The notes below the pieces were generated by a model that made no database searches, had not been told where the DNA came from, and was given only the letters and a program-made list of their open reading frames with translations. DNA of 59,832 nt, the filler included. It is 7 parts of 7 records of this genome, joined end to end, with 100 filler letters (N's around TTAATTAATTAA, not from the genome) between each part and the next. Parts side by side here need not be neighbours in the genome. Positions count along the whole stretch, not along the records: positions 52,290 to 59,832 come from SRR2962707_3318; 6 more parts are not named here. One strand, given 5' to 3'. Of the stretch, positions 56,588-59,832 are shown one piece after another. The position numbers and the translations under genes are program-made. Every line of letters starts with the position of its first letter. The stretch's first letter is position 1.

Positions 56588-56946
56588 AAAAAACGATTCT
56601 ATTCGTCGATGATGAAGAGATCAACCTTTTTGTGCTGGCTAAAAGGTTCGAAGCGGATTATAATGTCCTAACCGCAAATGCTGCTGAGGCCGCCATCGAA
56701 ATAATTGAAAGTCATAAAGGCTCACTAAATGCTTTGATCAGTGACCTGAAAATGCCAGACATGAGTGGGTTGGAAATCATCAACAAAACTAAGGATAGCT
56801 TAAAAGGAGTCCCCTGCTTTCTTTTGACTGGTTATGATTTTAATGAAGAGATAGATGCTGCTTTAGAAAACAAGATCATTCAAAAGCTCTTTAAGAAGCC
56901 TTTCAATTACAATGAAATAAGCAACACGCTTAAGGAATACCTCTAG
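56584..56946 (+). CDS. Single-domain response regulator
   Basis: FVDDE, SDLKMP, LTG, KP. ATGA overlap with the kinase gene. Confidence 0.92.
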   Translation: MKKTILFVDDEEINLFVLAKRFEADYNVLTANAAEAAIEIIESHKGSLNALISDLKMPDMSGLEIINKTKDSLKGVPCFLLTGYDFNEEIDAALENKIIQKLFKKPFNYNEISNTLKEYL

Positions 56947-58406
56947 CGATGATTTTCTTTCAATAAGTCCATGACTGTTTTTACCGGGTTGAAGGTAATA
57001 AGTGGAACCTCTACAAAAATTGTATTCCAATAGGCCATTCCTCCATTCCACAATCCGGGTAATTCCATTGCTTTAAGCTTTCTGCCTTGATGGGACTTCT
57101 GTGTAATGAAACCACGATCCGAATCACGGTACTTTAATAAATTAAATGATTCTCCTTTGTAATTTTTCAGACCACAAACAATATCAACAGGGTTGAAATG
57201 TGTAGAGGATTTAAAGATTTCTACTTGTACCACATTTGATTCATTAACCTGGGCCGACTCTACAATCTGAAGTGACTTCCCTTTATTGGATTCCAACCAA
57301 AATGGACCTCCTCCAGGTTCTCCCTCATTCTTGACCATTCCGCAAACCCGAATGGGCCTGTTTAATTGCTCTTGCACTTCGCTCAATGAATAATCCCCTT
57401 TCCAACCCATTTCTGCAAGAAGTTTTCTTCCTTCTTCCTGAATATCTACACCATTATCCGCCTGATTCAAAAGGTCGAATGCCTGTTCCTGAAATTCCAG
57501 CAAAATCCCAGCAATCGCCTTCTTATACCTGACCGTTTCATCCCTGAGGTGATCTGGAACAACATTATCAATGTTTTTGATAAACACGATTTCCGCATCT
57601 AATTCATTTAGATTCTCGAGAAGTGCGCCGTGCCCGGCAGGTCGAAATAAGATAGATCCATCGTCAGACCTAAATGGATCATCATAAAGATCTACTGCTA
57701 TGGTGTCTGTGGAAGACTTTTGTGAACTAAAGCCTACTTTAATCTCAATTGGCGTTTCAACACCATCTATTACTTCTTCAACATGCTGCTCAAAAATGTT
57801 GACATGGGAAGGGGAAACAGTAAAGTGAATATTTATTTGGCCATTTTTCTCCGAATATGCTATTGCTTCAGCAATGTGCTCTTCAACCGGTGTTCTTACA
57901 GCACTTTCATATTTATGAAATTTCAAGAGTCCTTTAGGAAGGTTGCCATAGTTGAGACCTGATTGATTGAGAAGAAGTTTGATTACAGTGGCTTTCTCAT
58001 TGGTTGATAAATCACTATTGATTTCTTTTCCAGATTCAGCTTGAAACAAGTCATTAAGCTCATCAAAGAATGCAAAGTTCTGGATGTCATTGAAGAAATG
58101 TTGTATCAATTCCTCATTCTTCTCAACCTTCTTTGCTTCTAGAAATTGAAACAAAACCCTAAACATTCGCGTCGCTGCGCCTGATGCCGGCACAAACTTG
58201 ATCACCTCAATGTTTGCTTGTTCATATCTATCAATGTATTCCTGTATGGAATCAGATATCTGAACAATCCCATTTTCGATTATAGCTGGAGAGTGTAAAG
58301 TAACTGGTTTAAATCCTTGCTTAAACCGTTCAACCTGATTCCTTAATTCATCCTGGGTAATACCAAGCTCCTCGATTCGCGACAGATCCTCTTGATTTAG
58401 TCTCAC
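56943..58406 (-). CDS. DUF4301 family protein
   Basis: KFVPASGAATRMF, FRPAGHGAL, IKNIDNV, GEPGGGPF, ELPGLWNG. Confidence 0.9.
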   Translation of the reverse strand: MRLNQEDLSRIEELGITQDELRNQVERFKQGFKPVTLHSPAIIENGIVQISDSIQEYIDRYEQANIEVIKFVPASGAATRMFRVLFQFLEAKKVEKNEELIQHFFNDIQNFAFFDELNDLFQAESGKEINSDLSTNEKATVIKLLLNQSGLNYGNLPKGLLKFHKYESAVRTPVEEHIAEAIAYSEKNGQINIHFTVSPSHVNIFEQHVEEVIDGVETPIEIKVGFSSQKSSTDTIAVDLYDDPFRSDDGSILFRPAGHGALLENLNELDAEIVFIKNIDNVVPDHLRDETVRYKKAIAGILLEFQEQAFDLLNQADNGVDIQEEGRKLLAEMGWKGDYSLSEVQEQLNRPIRVCGMVKNEGEPGGGPFWLESNKGKSLQIVESAQVNESNVVQVEIFKSSTHFNPVDIVCGLKNYKGESFNLLKYRDSDRGFITQKSHQGRKLKAMELPGLWNGGMAYWNTIFVEVPLITFNPVKTVMDLLKENHR

Positions 58407-58492
58407 TACACATTGTATTTTATTGTGACGAATTTGCTCATTTTAAAGAGAAAAAATTTAATTTGATGGGGAAATCACCAAATATCCCGCCA

Positions 58493-58951
58493 ATGGACAC
58501 AGATATTCACAAAATAGCACCAACATTTTTCGGTATTTCCATGGTTCCAAAAGCATCCTGGAAAGACTATGGATATATTCTTTTAAACATTGCCGGATCA
58601 GATGGTGAAGTTTCTGACCCGGAACTTGAGTGGCTTACAGTCGATTGTGCTGAGGCCGTAGGTGTTGATCATGAAATTGTAGCAGAGTGGGAAGACTATG
58701 ACTATGAAGATGATGATTTGGAAGAACTCTTCTTCAATTTCAATGCGTCTTCATTTGCCAACTTCAATAAACTCCTGATTTATGATGCTATCCGAATGTG
58801 TTCCGCAGATGGCGATTATGCGGATGATGAAAAAGATCAGGTTTATCATGCTGCCAGAATCATGAAAGTACCGCCTGAAGCAGTCACCGCTATAGAAGCA
58901 TTGGTTGACCTGGAACAGGCTGCCAATAAGCTAAGGCTTACAATTCTTTAG
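58493..58951 (+). CDS. TerB-like protein
   Basis: Paired IAGSDGEVSDPE and CSADGDYADDE metal-binding motifs. Confidence 0.75.
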   Translation: MDTDIHKIAPTFFGISMVPKASWKDYGYILLNIAGSDGEVSDPELEWLTVDCAEAVGVDHEIVAEWEDYDYEDDDLEELFFNFNASSFANFNKLLIYDAIRMCSADGDYADDEKDQVYHAARIMKVPPEAVTAIEALVDLEQAANKLRLTIL

Positions 58952-59715
58952 CCATAGATTTTATTGAGAACGTTGGCCAGGCGTATTCCCGCCTGAAGTA
59001 GGCGCTGGTTCAATAATTCAATGTTGTCGTAAGTGTACCGATAACTAAGCTTTTTGTTTTCGGGCATTGTTTCATAGCATTGATTTCGGCATTCCTTAGA
59101 TTCATTTGCCCAGTCAAGCACATTCAATGAAGACCAAGTTTGTAATTGCTCATCTGAAGCATGATCAATCCAGTCGACATATTCCGTGTAACTATATTGT
59201 TGACCATCGATAAGCTCACTATCCCAAACGCGGTGAAGATTTGAGTTTTGCCAGAAATATTCCAGCTTCACGTCGTTACCGCCTTTGTCTTCTCCATTAC
59301 CAACATGAAGAGGTTGATGAATATCGCCAATTAAATGGACCAGGCACTTCAGTGCAAAAGCCTCATTTTCATCAGTGAAATTTTTAGATTCCAATTCTTC
59401 AACCAATCTCCGGATGGTTTGGATAACATCTCCTTCATCTGGAGTTCCCGCCTCTTCGTAAGTTTTACCATCAGGAATGGTAGCGTAATGCCATGGAGAC
59501 ATATGCCTGTATGTTGCATCGGATTTAATAAAATCCATGAAGTTGCTCACTTCAGCAAGTGTCTCATTCATCAATATTTTTTCGATTTCTTTTTTCGCCT
59601 TCTTTGTAAGGTGTCTTTCTGCAATAAGTCCAACAATACGATGGCCTGTAGCTCCCCAACCAAAGGATTGCAATCCGATCAGAAGGGTTATGATGGTAAG
59701 GGATATTTTTCTCAT
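58948..59715 (-). CDS. S1/P1 nuclease, exported
   Basis: Signal peptide then WGATGH, HLIGDIHQPLH, NLHRVWD, AGIRLA. Confidence 0.95.
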   Translation of the reverse strand: MRKISLTIITLLIGLQSFGWGATGHRIVGLIAERHLTKKAKKEIEKILMNETLAEVSNFMDFIKSDATYRHMSPWHYATIPDGKTYEEAGTPDEGDVIQTIRRLVEELESKNFTDENEAFALKCLVHLIGDIHQPLHVGNGEDKGGNDVKLEYFWQNSNLHRVWDSELIDGQQYSYTEYVDWIDHASDEQLQTWSSLNVLDWANESKECRNQCYETMPENKKLSYRYTYDNIELLNQRLLQAGIRLANVLNKIYG

Positions 59716-59773
59716 GGGCTAAAAATAGGTTGTTGAAGAGAATTTCTTGAAATGATCGTGTTAACAATGTGCT

Positions 59774-59810
59774 AAAAAAGAGAAGGCGTGCCCAGAAATG
59801 GAACACGCCT
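59774..59810 (-). terminator. Rho-independent terminator of an upstream gene outside the window
   Basis: aggcgtg...cacgcct stem followed on the minus strand by tctctttttt. Confidence 0.8.
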
Positions 59811-59832
59811 AATCACCAACCTAACCTAAAAG

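Overview
This window is not one locus. It is seven unrelated contigs joined by six 100-nt N/TTAATTAATTAA linkers, consistent with a metagenome or a non-axenic protist culture. Contigs 1 (1-7510), 3 (16701-23212) and 4 (23313-30880) are intron-rich eukaryotic DNA. They carry a DOMON/Cys-repeat/multi-TM receptor-like gene, a decayed non-LTR retrotransposon RT fragment, a CCDC33-like coiled-coil gene, an EF-hand/degenerate-kinesin/FHA gene and a GLT1D1/SenB-like glycosyltransferase. Contig 2 (7611-16600) is alphaproteobacterial: tRNA-Ala 3' end, sixA, CYTH-CHAD, orphan parA, isochorismatase, purC, DMT, acuC-like HDAC, AlkP family, ptrB. Contig 5 (30981-45952) is Rhizobiales-like core: ntrBC-ntrYX-trkAH-hfq-hflX, mazG, deaminase, cysG-DUF2849-cysI. 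Contig 6 (46053-52189) is alphaproteobacterial: nrdJ, response regulator, NDUFA12, mlaD, DUF2155, aat, asmA, accC. Contig 7 (52290-59832) is Bacteroidota-like: rnr, HK/RR, DUF4301, TerB-like, S1/P1 nuclease. I saw no CRISPR array, prophage or recognisable defence island. The best leads are all hypotheses: a translationally coupled CYTH-CHAD plus orphan ParA pair (possible polyphosphate-granule positioning system) with an uncalled 27-aa ORF next to it, a eukaryotic pseudo-kinesin, a SenB-like eukaryotic glycosyltransferase, GC-AG introns and several structured intergenic elements. All family calls come from motif recognition by eye; no database searches were run.
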